64,000 nucleotides of DNA from Chiloscyllium plagiosum (taxonomy: Eukaryota): NCBI RefSeq assembly GCF_004010195.1, contig NC_057711.1, forward strand, positions 69,257,850-69,321,849. Direction: 5' to 3'. The position numbers were made by a program, and so were the translations under genes. Position 1 is the stretch's first letter, and every line of letters starts with the position of its first letter. This document shows positions 40,216 through 53,500 of this stretch, one piece after another. The notes under the pieces were generated by a model that was given only the letters and a program-made list of their open reading frames with translations, ran no database searches and was not told the origin of the DNA.

Positions 40216-41209
40216 ATATATGCATATGAATGCAGTACAGCAGTAAGTGTGGCACCAGCACATGTATTCACAAAATGATTACGAATACGATAAGAATTTA
40301 ACATATCCTTTTTCTCTAAAAGCAGAACTTCTCTATATCAATATAACTGTTCCATTCATTAACATTTTTTTAAATCTAAAGATTTAACAATTGACAAATA
40401 AACTGAACCTCTTTTGTAGCTGATTTTCTTCGAAAAAATATTCATGATATTTTAGATGATAGAATGTTGTGCTCTTCTATCCCTTGGAGTGTTCTTTCAA
40501 GTTTTCCTTTTAGCCTATTGGTACTTTACATAGAGGATACATTACTGGTCTATAGCAATGTTATCCTCAAAAACTTATATAAGTATCCAACCACCATCAA
40601 AATGCTCTTGATACATTTGTATTAAATATTTCATCTTTATGATTGGAGGCAGCTTTTTAATGGATGTACTGCCTCCAATCCTCAGTGTTACTGTCTGAAA
40701 GATCGCTAATATGAAATATTAATTCTGCCTCTTGATATTGCTTGACCTTCTCTTCTCATGGTTTACTGAGCCAAGCCTCAGCTCTTTGCAACTGCTGAAA
40801 CACAGGATAGCAGGGTGAGCCTTTTCAGCGATATAGAACATGCAATTAACGACACCTTTTGGGTAGCTAACATCCTTGTCTCTGTAGTTTCAAGTACTTC
40901 GGTAATGTCTATCGCCTACAATCTTGTGAACTTGTGCTTTCCGATCAAATTAAATGAGCTGATGTTGCAGCCTTAATCTATCTCCTCTAATTCATATGTT
41001 TTGGCTGCAGTTTCAATCTTGGTGATGTTAGGAAATCATCAACAGACTCACCTGGTTCCTCTTTCAGGCTATGAAATTTGAGTACATCTGATGATTAATT
41101 TTTGAATGGAGATAAGTGCTGAAGGTTTTAAAGCTTTTTGTTTGGATTTTTAACTTTCAACTTAACTTTCAAATGTTAAACACATCTAACCCTTTCTTTC
41201 CGGCCCTTT

Positions 41210-42150
41210 AAATGAAGTAGCTGACCTTTCCCTCTTGAGCCTGCTCTGCCATTCAGTAAGATCATGCGTGATCAGATTGTAACTTCAACTCTACTACAAT
41301 CCTTCATATCCCTGATAATCTTTCACCCCCTTTGTAATCTACAATCTACCTACGTCTGCCTTAAAAATATTTAAATATTCTGCATTCACTGTGTTTTGAG
41401 GTAGGGAATTTCAATAACCACAATAGTGGGCGGCACGGTGGCACAGTGGTTAGCACTGCTGCCTCACAGCGCCAGAGACCCGGGTTCAATTCCCGACTCA
41501 GGCGACTGACTGTGTGGAGTTTGCACAAGGGGTAAATGTAGGGGTATGGGTGGGTTTCGCTTCGGCGGGTCGGTGTGGACTTGTTGGGCCGAAGGGCCTG
41601 TTTCCACACTGTAAGTAATCTAATTCAATCTAATCTAAAAAAAAATCTAATTCAAACTCGAAGAAAAAAATGAATGTCTTCTCTTTTGTATTAAAGGGGC
41701 GACACCACCTTGTTTTAAAAACGGAACCCCTAGTTCTAGGTTCTATCAAAAGAGGAAACATCCTTTTGACATCCAATTAGTCAAGTCTCCTCAGGATCTT
41801 ATCTGTTTCATTAAGTCAAACTCCAGATGAAAGGAGTCTAGCGTTTGCTTATGAAGAAATCCATTCATTCTATGTATTTGTGTAGAAACCTTCTCTAAAT
41901 TGCTTCCAATGCATTAACATCCTTATGAAAGTACGGTGATCAGTACTGTACATTGTACTCCAGATGTGGTCTTGCCAATGCCCTGTATAATTGGAATATA
42001 GCTTCCCAATTCTTGCATTCAGTATTAGATTTCCTGATTACTTTCTGTACTTCCATACTAAACTTCTGTGATTCATGCACTAGGGAACCCAGATCACTGC
42101 ATGTTAGAGCTCTGCAACTTCTCTCAATTTAGATGGCAAGTGCATTTTAG
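41210..42150 (-). mobile_element. CR1-type LINE 3' fragment hosting the SINE
   Basis: cctcttgagcctgctctgccattcagtaagatcatg...ggtagggaatttca...gtactccagatgtggtct. Confidence 0.65.
41428..41645 (+). mobile_element. Young HE1-type SINE with internal deletion
   Basis: A-box tggcacagtgg, B-box ggttcaattcc, CpGs intact, (aatct)n plus A tail. The central part present in 48847-49143 is missing. Confidence 0.9.
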
Positions 42151-42593
42151 AAATGTACTGACTGTTAGTCTACATTTCTGTTTAAACTTCTCAATGTCTT
42201 TACTGCATTGTCAAAAACCCAGTTGACCATGGGCTGATGATGTGTTCATTACCATGATCACAGTCATTTCATTTTCAACGATTGATCCAGTTTTTCTCTG
42301 GTACTAATTTGGGTTGATTTTACAGTCTAAACAAACATTTATGGTTGCTGATGTTACATGAATCTATTGATTGAATATCCATCAACCAGACGCAATTGTT
42401 GAATGTGCCTCATTCAGAAACAGATAGATTTCTCAAGAGCATTTGCAGCATTTTGAAAGGAAATAACGATTGTCTGAAATTAGTCAAGGATATCAGCCCA
42501 TCTCACCTGTGTAACCTGGAGTTCATGTTTGACCAGTTCTATCATCGATAAAAAGTGCACGAGGTCAAATGTTTTCATCTTGCACTTGTCAGA

Positions 42594-42716
42594 AACAAAA
42601 CAGAAATTACAGGAAATGCTCAACAAGTCAGCAGCATCTGTGGAGAGAAATCAGAATTAACATTTCGGTTCAAATGATCCTTCCTCAGCATAGATCCTTC
42701 CAGACCTGCTGAGCTT
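42594..42716 (-). mobile_element. Older PLE-derived terminus with hammerhead motif
   Basis: The minus strand at 42654-42688 reads CTGAGGA A GGATC ATTT GAACC GAA ATGT T AATTC, followed by ctccacagatgctgc...tttctgttttg. Confidence 0.6.
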
Positions 42717-43034
42717 TGAAAAGAAATAACTCTCAAGCATGAGAAGATGATGTTGATTGGCTGGATTCTATACAGTATAGAGATTCACCAGAACTGTTGA
42801 CTGTATTCAAATCAAGCAATTCAACTCTTGATTAGTCAAGTTGTTGCTATAAGGTTGCAGCAGATATTGGGCTGTTTCCATAGCCGTTTCCATAGCCATT
42901 TCTTCGATGAAAAAGGTGCACTGTGTGGACATATTCCTTTTACCAACAAGAAACAGGACTCTCGGTGAATAAATGTAACTTCTTGCATGTGCAAGTGCGA
43001 CATAGTAAGTCCAATTGACAATCCAAAATTGGTA

Positions 43035-43385
43035 CAATAGCGCCTCGGCATACGAACGGCCCCGTTCGCGAACAAATCGGTTTACGAACAGGATTGTACG
43101 TAAAATTTTGCTTCAACGTACATACGAAATTCAAGGTACGAACGCTAAAAGCCCGTGTGTGACCATGTGGTTTCATTGTTCTGCTTTGCTACGTGCTTGT
43201 TGAACGCAAAAACTCTCGGGCCCCGCGTGATCCCATTCAGTTCGTCTTTGGCGCAGTGCTGTGGACAGCCGTCCAAGCATTCTTATGCTATCCGAGCAAT
43301 GGGAAAAATTGATTCAGTTCGCGAACTTTTCGGTTTGCGAACTGGATGCCGGGACGGATTGAGTTCGTAAGTTGAGGCGCTACTG
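43035..43385. mobile_element. Tigger/pogo-like MITE (351 bp)
   Basis: TA|caatagcgcctcggcatacgaac ... gttcgtaagttgaggcgctactg|TA TIRs; CpG-rich body. Confidence 0.9.
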
Positions 43386-44654
43386 TATTTGGTATAATTC
43401 TTAGCACATTGAAGATTATACAGTATAAGTTGTTCAGTAGCAGAATTGCCTCTAATATTGAATACAATGTTCTGAGTTTTGCAAGCATAAACTGATTGGG
43501 CAAGGTTGCGAAGCTATTCACAGATGGTCAGAGAGAAGCCTTGTTTGATACGGTCCATTGGAAGGTGCAGTCTATGTATCTGGCATTACATCAATATTAA
43601 AGTTAATATAACACATTACTAATTTGTGTGATGTGCAAAGTGTCTTTTTGGCTTGATGGCAGCATCCTGTTAATGGAGAATACCACTTATGTTTACTGCA
43701 AAGTTGCATGATGAAATTGATAGCTTCACCTGTTTCTCCACGTCTTGTTATAGAATTTATTTCAATGCCACCTGATGACTTATTTTTGACATGAAAATTG
43801 CCCTTTGTGAACTTATACTTGTTCTTTGTTAACCTAACCCAAGCAAACTGCCCAGTAACTAGAATTCTCAATCTTGGACCAGTTTTTAATAAAACTTGAA
43901 ACCATGTTTCATTAGAATGCTAAACTCTTTGAGGCTCAGTGTCACAGTGACCAGACACTGAGGATTACAGCAGAGCTCCTGTTCGGACATTTTGCAAATT
44001 TTAATCTTCAGTCTTTGTTGAGCTTTCAAGCCCGTTGCCTTAAAAACCTTCATTTACATGAATAAACAACACAGCTGTTGACATAAAACTAAGGAGAATC
44101 TCGCATGTCCAATCTGTCTGCAGACGTGTTTATGTCTCCTGATAATTTTCATGATGGTATGTATTTAAGCACTGGACTAGCAATCTCAGGGATTGTGTTC
44201 ATTTGGCTAGTGGGGAAGTTAAATTCACTAAATCCAGTATTTTGTTATTTAGCGTCAGAAAGAAAAGTTAACATTTTGAGGAAAGAACGCCACCAGGAAG
44301 GAATCCACAACCTATCTGGTTCTATCTGGTCTGGCATACATGTAAACAAACCCACACTACATCTAGGAATGAGAAATAAATAACATTAGATTGTTTCCTC
44401 CACAACTCAAAATACATGTTAAGAGTTGTTGTCTATTGTGTAAAGGGTGACTGTCCTAATGAGGACTTCAAAATGTTTGGACTCATGGATAGATGAGTAG
44501 CACAAGAACATCATTAGTATGTCATATTAGAATGTGCCTCTGGTTGTCTGCAGGCATTTCAATTTTACAATTTCAAATTCTGCCTGAACTGCCAAAGGAT
44601 TTTCACTATTTGAGAATGCCTTCTAGAATATCTTGCAAAATATCAATGTTTGCC

Positions 44655-44840
44655 TTGGCTCAGTTCATAGTATTTTCACCTCTGACTGAGAAGGTTAAAA
44701 TTCCACTCAAGGACATCTGCACAACAATTTGGGGGGATGGTTCACTCCAGTGCTGAGGGTGCAGTTTCTTTGAATGAGATGTTAAATCAAAGTCCTAATT
44801 GCCTTAGAATAGCACAAAAGATTCTGTGATGCAACAAAGG
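44655..44840 (+). mobile_element. Decayed DeuSINE-like element
   Basis: tRNA-like start ttggctcagtt and a Deu-domain-like ctttgaatgagatgttaaatcaaagtcc, recognised from memory only. Confidence 0.45.
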
Positions 44841-45136
44841 TTATCAGCAGATAGGTGGGAATGGGGAGAAATCAGATCTGCCGTGATTTTATTGAATGGC
44901 GAAACAAAGTGGCCTGCTTCTGCTTCAGCTTCAGATTCTCATAGCCCATCATGTATGTGCCAGTCAACAAAGATATGACTACATAATCCTATTGTTCAGC
45001 TTTTGTCACATAACCCTGGAGGCTCTGGCCTCAAGTGCACATGTAAGTGTTGTTCAAGTGTTAGGAGAGTCTCAGACTCCTACCACCCTCTGATTGAAAC
45101 AAAACTCTCCTCAAATCTCCTCTTATCCTTCTGCCA

Positions 45137-45442
45137 TGCACGATGGCTTAGTGGTTCGCAATGCTGCCTCACAGCACCCAGGTTCAATTCCAGCCTTGGG
45201 TGGCTGTCCATGTGAAGTTTGCACATTCTCCCAGTGTCTGCGTGGGTTTTCTCCAGGTACTCCGATTTCCTCCCACAGTCCAAAGATGTGCCGTGCCGGT
45301 CAGGTGAATTGGCCATGTTAAATTTCCCATGTTAAATTGCCCATAGTGTTAGGTGCATTAGTTAGAGGGAATTGGAGAGTCTGTGTGGACTTGTTGGGCC
45401 GATGGGCCTGTTTCTACACTGTAGGGAATCTAATCTAATCTT
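45137..45442 (+). mobile_element. HE1-type SINE
   Basis: A-box tggcttagtgg, B-box ggttcaattcc, conserved core and (aatct)n tail. Confidence 0.9.
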
Positions 45443-46059
45443 AAATCTGGACTCTCTGGTTACTTATCCATCTACAAATGGAAAAGTGAATTCATATCCA
45501 CCACATTTATGCTCCTTATAATCTTTAAAACCTTTTATTAGTAAACAACTCTAATCTGCCCAATCTTGCCCCATAGTTGAGTCCAGTCTTGGCAGCGTCC
45601 TGGAAATATCCTCTGCATCCTCTCTACAATCATACCCTTTCCATATCTAAAAGTGGCAGAACTGCATGCAATTGTGGACTAAGTTGTGTTTTATACAGTT
45701 CAAGAATAACATCCTTGTTCTTGTATTGTGTGCCTTAGCTAATATAGGCAAGTATCCCGTATGCCTCCTTAACCACCTTTTCTACCTGCACTGCAACTTC
45801 AGGAATCGGGGACATGCACATAAATATTCCTGTGTCCTTTCCAGGATCCTACTATTCATTCTTTAATTCTTTGTTGACTCATACCTTTCCCTTTTGAATT
45901 TCATTGGCCCTGCTCTTCCTAGCCAACCAGTCTGTTGATAACCTCCTACGATTTATGGCTATTCTCCTTCCCACTTACAATCCTACAAATATCATGTCAT
46001 CCAGGACTACTTGATCACACGCCCTACATTTAAATTTAAACCATTAACCTGATCAGGTG

Positions 46060-47450
46060 TATGCAGAACTTTGTGAGAAGATAGACAAGACATTACTAGG
46101 CCCCTTGCTGAGATATTTGTAGTATCAGCAGCCATAGGTGAGGTGCCGGGCAACTGAAGGGTCGCTAATGTGGTACCATTATTTAAGAAAGGTGGTAAGG
46201 CAAAGCCAGGGAATGACAGACCAGTGAGCCTGAGGTCACTGTTGGGTAATTTGTTGGGAGAGATTTTGAAGGACAGGATTTAATACATTTGGAAAGGCAA
46301 GGACTGATTAGGGATAGCCAACATGGCTTTTTGCATAGGAAATAGTGTCTCACTAACTTGACTGAGTTTTTTGAAGAAGTGACAAAAAAGATCGATAAAG
46401 GCAATGTGGTAGATGTCTGTGTGGATTTCAGCAAGGTTAGATCACATGGAATACAGAGGAGTTAGCTAATTGGATTCAAAATTCTGCTTGAAGGTAAAGG
46501 GTTTTCAGTCTGGAAGCCTGTGATCAGTGGTGTGACACAAGGATTGGTGCTGGGTCCACTCCATTGTGTCATTCATATTGGTTGTGAATATGGGAGGTAT
46601 GGTTAGCAAGTTTGCTGATGAAGCCAAACTAGATGGTGTAGTGGACAGTGAAGAAGGTTATCTCAGAGAATAGTGGAACCATGATCAGGTGGGCTGATGG
46701 ACCAAGGAGTTTAATTTAGATAAATGCGAGGTGTTGCATTTTGGTAAGGCAAACCAGGGCAGGACTTGTGCAGTTAATGGTAGGGCTCTGGGGTGTGTTG
46801 CCAAACAGAGCCTTAGCAGTGCAGGTACATAGTTTGTGGAGTCACAGGTAGACATGTGGTGAAGGCAGCGTTTGGCATGCTTGCCATCATCGGTCATTGT
46901 CTTGAGTATAGGAGTTGGTACATTACCTTGCAGCTGTACAGGACATTAATGAGGGCACTTTTAGAATACAGTGTTCAATTCGAGTCTCCCTGCTACGGGA
47001 AAATTGTTAAAGGTTCAGAAAAGATTTACAAGAATGTTGCCAGGGTTGGAGGGTTTTAGCTAAAGAGAGAGAGGCTGGGGCTTTTTTCCCTGCAGTGTCA
47101 AAGCTAAGGGGTGAGTTTATAAAGGTTTATAAAATCATGTCAATCATGTATAGGGTGAATAGCCAAGGTCTTTTTCCCTGGGTTGGAGTGTCCAAAGCTA
47201 GAGGGCATAGGTTTATGGTGAGAGGGAAAAAGATTTCAAAGGACCCGAGGGGCAACTTTTTCCCCAGAGGGAGTGGTGGAAGTGGGTACAATTACAACAT
47301 GTAAAGGCATCTGGTTGGTTGCATAAATAGGAAGAGCTTAGAGGGATATGGGCCAAATGTTGGCAAATGGAACTAGATCAGTTTAGGATATCTGGTAGGC
47401 ACTGATAGATTGGAGAGAAGGGACTGTTTCCATGCTGTATAACTCTATGT
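46060..47450 (+). mobile_element. CR1/HER1-type LINE, RT to 3' end
   Basis: PLFKKG..KPGN.RPVSL, QHGF, LYRTLMRALLEYSVQF; 3' end ctgtataactctatg. Confidence 0.85.
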
Positions 47451-47452
47451 TC

Positions 47453-48700
47453 CTATTCACCAGAAATAGCAAAGCACCTGCAACAAGCCCTGCAGAACCC
47501 TATTGGAAACAGACTTCCAGTCAGAAACATCTCTCTACCATTGCTCTGTGCTTCCTGCATCTTGGCCAACTTTGAATCTAAAGTACTACTTTGCCTTGGA
47601 TTCCATGAGTTTTCTTTCTTGACCCGTCTGACTGGAGGGATCTTTACAAAAGCTTTGCTAAAGTTCACGTAGACCACATCAAATGCATTACACTCATCAA
47701 CATCTTCAACCTGGTTATGTCCTCTAAAATATTCAATTAAATTTGTTAAAACACTACTTTCCTTTAACAAATCCATCTGCCTGAGCCTAATTGATGTGTG
47801 TTCCTCCTAATTTAGATATGTTCTGTTCCTCAGAATTTTTCTAATAACTTCTGCATGACTGAGGTTAGACTAACTGCCTTGTATTTGTGATCCATCTCTT
47901 TATCTCTTTTGAAATAATGGCACAATTTTTAGAAATCCTCCAGTGCATTAGCTTCTCATCTTTGGCTAGAGGGTATTTGAAAATTACTGCAAAGGTCTCT
48001 GATATCTTTTCCCAGGCCTCCCTCAGCTCATCTCAGCCTGCAAATGTGTCCACTTAAGTCTGTTTAACCCTTTTGTACCACCTCTCTGTTGTGCTCGCTC
48101 TCTAAATTTCTCCTAATATTTTATAGTTCTCTACCCTGATCTGTCTATCTGCATCATCCTTTCTCATTGTCAAAGTTCAATGCAAAGTATTCATTGAGGA
48201 CTGTGCTCATTTCTCATAGGTCCCTATGCAACTATGGTAACTATTATCTCTTGTTTCCCCAGTTATTCTCTTGTTTATTTAAAATATATTTATAAAAGCA
48301 TTGAGTCTTCCTTTATTCTATCTGCCAACATTTTCTCATGCAGTCTCTTTACTTTCCTAATTTCCTTTAAGATCCCCATGCACTTTTTATACTCCTTTTG
48401 GTATTTGCCATAAATTTATCTTTTTTTCAATCTTGACCTTTATGGCCCTTGACAGCTACAGTTCTCTAGTCTTGGTCCCATCCTTTGTCTTTATGGGAAC
48501 ACGTTTGCCCTGTGCACACTCTATAGCCTCCTTATCTTCCTCTACTCTGACACAGTTTTGTCTGCCAGTAGCTTCTGTCAGTCCACTTGGGCCAAATTGT
48601 ATCTAATGTTAATAAAATTAGCCTTTTCCCAATTTAAAACTTGTATTTGCAGTCCATCCTTGTCCTTTCTGGAACTATCCTAAATCCTTCTAGTTAAGAT
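47453..48700 (-). mobile_element. CR1-type LINE fragment, opposite orientation
   Basis: Minus-strand VLTNLIEYF and AFDVVYVNFSKAFVKIP. Confidence 0.75.
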
Positions 48701-49808
48701 TTTTCTAAGATTACAAAAGGGTCTTGATCAAATGGGTCAATAGGCTGAAGGAGGGTAGATGGAATTCAACCTAGATAAATGCAAAGTATTGCATTTTGGT
48801 GCAACAAACAAGGATAGGCCTTATTCAGTTAATGATAGGGCCTTGTTTAGATTAGATTAGATTACTTACAGTGTGGAAACAGGCCCTTCGGCCCAACAAG
48901 TCCACACCGCCCGCCGAAGCGCAACCCACCCATACCCCTACATTTACCCCTTACCTAACACTACGGGCAATTTAGCATGGCCAATTCACCTGACCTGCAC
49001 ATCTTTGGACAGTGGGAGGAAACCGGAGCACCCGGAGGAAACCCACACAGACACGGGGAGAACGTGCAAACTTCACACAGTCAGTCGCCTGAGTCGGGAA
49101 TTGAACCCGGGTCTCTGGCGCTGTGAGGCAGCAGTGCTAACCAGCTAGAACAGAGGGAGGTAGAAGTGCAGGTGCATAACTCTTTAAAATTTACATCACA
49201 TATAGACAGGATGGTTAAAAGGCATTCGACACACTTGCCTTCATTTCTCAGTCCTTAGAGTAAATGAGTTGGGACGTTATGTTGAGGTTGTACAGGATGT
49301 TAGTGAGGCCTCTTCTGGAATACTGTGTCCAATTCTGGTCGACCAGTTGTAGGAAAGATATTATTAAGCTGGAGAGGGCTCAGAAGAGATTTACCAGGAT
49401 GTTGCTGGGTAAAGAAAGGCTGGGACTTTTTTCACTGGAGTGTAGGAGGTTGATAAAAGTTTATAAAATAAAATAATGAGAGCCATAACTAGAGTTGATG
49501 GTAATTGTCTTTTCCTTAAGATGGGAAATGTCATCAGTGGGAAGCAATTTTTAAGGTGAGAGGAGAGAGATTTAAAAAAGATAGGAGGCAAATATTTTCA
49601 CAGAGGGTGGTTTGCATGTCAAATGAACTTCCTGAGGAAGTGATGGATGCAGGTACAATTACAATATTTAAAAGACATTTGGATGGATACATGAAGAGGA
49701 AAGATTTGGAGAGATATGGGCCTGGGGCAGGTGGGATGAGTTTAGTTTGCGATTACGTTCAGCATGGACTAATTGGATCAAAGGGTCTGTTTCTGTGCTG
49801 TATGACTT
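48700..49808 (+). mobile_element. CR1/HER1-type LINE 3' part hosting a SINE
   Basis: [18 protein letters not shown]...[12 protein letters not shown]; 3' end tgtgctgtatgact. Confidence 0.85.
48847..49143 (-). mobile_element. Young, near full-length HE1-type SINE
   Basis: (ttaga)n tail, complete core, B-box (ggaattgaacc on the plus strand), CpGs retained. Confidence 0.92.
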
Positions 49809-49811
49809 GTT

Positions 49812-50548
49812 GGCTCCATAAGATGATGGTGGAGTAGCGCTTCTGAGCCTAGGGCTCATCTGCTTCGTCTACTTTTTAGTTTCTTTTCTTTATTCCCTCT
49901 CTTTTCTTTTCCCCCTCTTCTATTTTATTTTACTTACATCTTGGTGAAGAGCACAGTCGCAGCGGTGAGTGGACCCAGCAGTGCAGAGTCGCAGCAGTGA
50001 TATCGGAGGCAATTTTGGGTTTTTGGCGGCTTCTGCATCGTTGTGATGGGCCTAGTGTTGACTCATGGCTGCTGCTGCGGAAGAAAGTTTGGGTTCCTGG
50101 TGCCATCTGCTTCCAGTACAGATTGATGGAGGTGGCGGCAGAAGCAAGTTTGAGCCATTTACGAGACACGGTGGCATCAGCAACAGGTGGATTGGCGAGT
50201 TGGTGTTGGTAGCATAGTCACATTTGACTATGTAACTGGCAGCACCTGTATGGCGAGATTCAGCAAGGCCTTATAGCAGTGAGGGTACTAATTGAGGTAA
50301 GGTGGCACTGAAGAGTAACAACTTTCATTCCATCTGTGGCAATGTGGTGAAGGGGACTCGTGCCTGGCCACCAGATCCATGGCCCATTACAGAGCACTTA
50401 AGAAGAAGGACTATAAAGTTGGACACTTTCTTTATTTCTTCATTTTTCTGCATTTACATTTTTTTTAAATCTGTGTTAATGGCGTCACTATACAACACTA
50501 TTTTGTAACAAAATACACATGGCAATAACATAATGAAATCAAATGAAA
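49812..50548 (+). mobile_element. Possible non-autonomous Rex/Babar-related retroelement
   Basis: GC-richer body ending in ...catggcaataa...aatcaaatgaaa, resembling the 3' ends of the Rex elements and of 54990-55360. No coding motifs. Confidence 0.35.
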
Positions 50549-53500
50549 CGAGTTATGGTAGTTATCTCCAAACTGCGCCTTCCACCAACCTGGTTATCCT
50601 TTGCAAATATTATGAGCAGAGCTGTCTCCTTCCTTGTGGTGTTTCTACAGACTGGCAAAAAAAAATTTCTGAATGCAATTTAAGAATTTTGTTCTGTCTC
50701 CAACATGCACACTAAAACCAGTTAATATATGGGCAGATAAAATCTACTACTATTACTGGCTTTTTATTCTTATGCTTCTCTGAAATTTGATAGTCTGTTT
50801 CTCTTTTTGATTATTCAGAAGCCTATAGTGCATACCCAACAGCATATTTACCCTTTGTGTTTTAAACTTATACTCATATAGCCTCATCTGATTATCTTCC
50901 TAGATATCATCCTTCCTCACTGCTATAATTTATTCCTGATCAGTGTTGCAACCCTCCCCTCCTTTTCAATCGATCTTATCTGAATCCCCTATAATCAGGA
51001 ATCTTGAGTTGCCAATCCTACCCATTTTTCAGTCAAGTCTCAGTTATAGCTATAATATACTGTTGTATCCCAATATGAACCTTCAGCTCCTGTCTATTTC
51101 TCAGGCTCCTTGCTTTAAAACCTATTCCAGTTAACCTTGGTAAACTCATATCTTCCTCAGCTAGACTTGGTTTCCTTTGCCTTCCAGAAACGCTTCCTTA
51201 CATTTTAAACTTCTAATTCTACCTCTGCTTGTCTCCTTTGGACCCCAACCTATTTGATCAGATCTGTAAATAGAGATACAATGTAATTTATTTTCTTTTT
51301 CATACTTTACTGTTTTTGTTCATAGACTATTTTGTGTTACTATTGAGTTGCAAGAAAAGGCCAAATACAATATATAAGCTTATATTGTCAGTTGAAATTA
51401 GGCCTCTGCCTCCTTTGCATTATGCTTCAGTTCTGTTCCATATGAGTGTCAAGGGACTGTACAATGAAGCTCTGTGAAGTATGGCAATAGTTTATGCACC
51501 ACATAAATCAGAGAATACAGGTTTTCTTTTTACTTGCCCCAGCTGCAAAGATTAATGACAACACACATATGTTTACAGTATTCCCCTTCCTTCAGTTTGA
51601 TCCTGATCATATGGTGATAGAAAATGCAAGTAACAAACCACAGAATATATGTTTCCACCAAAAAGGCTGTGGATTTCTTTTGTAGCTACTGTTAAATCCA
51701 GCTACAGCCATTAGAGTCTAAATATTCTGTGGCAAATAGTGCTCTTCATTGTTCAGTTTTTTTGGTCTATTTGATGTTTTAAGAAACTCTGGGTTTACTG
51801 ATACTTCCATTTTCACAGAAAATCCGAATTTTATGGAGCTAGTTATCCCACACTATTTTTCCACTTTTTGTAGTAACTCTATTGCTGCCAGAAATTTTAG
51901 GTTTGAACATTTTTCAGCACAGGTTTTCATAGTATCAGCTGGAAAAAATAGAGCATCCTAACACCTTTTGATATAATATTAGAAAATTTCTTTTAATATT
52001 ATGGTGTACAGAATGGTCTCTATAACATTGACTTTATATTGGACCATAATTTGCTGTAATTAGAATGGTGTGATTTATGTAAAAATGGTGCTATAATGTC
52101 AACTGGGGGCAAGGTGTGCAGGTGAACTCAAAAATCTAGAAATTGCTGTTGGAGTTGCAAATCTCCACCATTAGCTTTGTTAGGGTATCCAGTGGATAAA
52201 AGAGTGCTGAGCAAGCCAAAATTGAGATAGTAATTGCAATAGTGTCTTTCAGTCTGCCTCACCATTTCACTGGTGTATGATTATTTAATCTGCATGATAG
52301 GTAGAAACCGCAATCACCATAGAAAAGGAAGTCATATCCCTTTCAGGCTAAGTACCATTTTAATATTATTCCAACTACTGCCAGTCAGCTTCTTTATGTA
52401 GAAATGAAACTCCACATTTATATCTGTACATGTTCAGAATAGATTTTGCCAACAGTCAGTTTCCCCTGATGCTCATCAACTTGTCACACAGAAAATAAAA
52501 AAGAGCTTACCAGCATGTAGTCCAGGCTAATTCACAGCAGATGCAGTTGGATGACCTGGTACAGCAAGTTATGGCTTATGGTCTAATTCAAACAAAAATG
52601 GCCCAAATGTTCATACACTGTGCGAATGGAAGTTAATGCACTGAACATCTTAAGAATTCTGGGAGTTCCCAGAAAAACCTGCGTAACAGACCCAAGGGAC
52701 AATGTATTAGACTTGTACTTTGCAGTTAAAATGAACAAACCAATTTATAATGGTTAAAGTTGCAGTGTAAATGCAGATATAAATTCCTGATCTGCATTAC
52801 ATCTTTGGCTGTTGTGCAATACTTTTTTAGACTCTTAAACCCTCTGCAAAAGATCTGAAATATATCTGGAAACAAGGATTTATATTCTCAACTATTTTAT
52901 AGCTCCACCTTGGACTTAGTAGATATCTGTTAATGCAACACAGACAAGTGATGAATTTGAGCGCTCCAGGGGAAACTTAGCGTTTCCAGCAAGCATGGTG
53001 TTGAGACATGAATGGACTCAAAACTTGCCATCGTGCTCTTTCTTTACCAGTTTTAAAATTCCCCATTAATCGTCTCAATTACATTGCAGTCTCAACTTTT
53101 GTCCTGTTAGACAGTCCTTTACCACTTGGGCACCCATTTTGTTCACCTTTTAATAGTTACTAGTCTTCAGTTCTATGCATTGCAGCAAGGAAATTGTAAT
53201 ATAGCAAGAAGTCTTTTATGATCCTGACTGATGGCCTACTCTTTTTGCCTCCTGTAGCATTCACCCTGTCTGGTATTTGCAGGGTAAGTGCTACATATCA
53301 GCTAAATTTTCTTTCACATTTGTTAACTCACTATCATCTGTGTTTGAATTGTTTATCTGTCAAAAATGTTTGAATTAAAAGCAACTATTTTTTTCTTTCT
53401 GGCATTACATTTCCAGACATATAAACTTACCTATTTGTTTTTGTTCCTCACTTACACTCTCTGTCTTTGCAATTCTCTGAATATAATCTGGATCTTTGGG

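Noticed and set aside
41428..41495. tRNA-like sequence with A and B boxes
   Set aside because: It is the head of an HE1-type SINE that continues into the SINE body and tail; not a tRNA gene.
43670..43730. DEID-like peptide resembling the synphilin-1 N-terminus
   Set aside because: Surrounding residues and frame do not match MEAPEYLDLDEIDF, and there is no exon structure.
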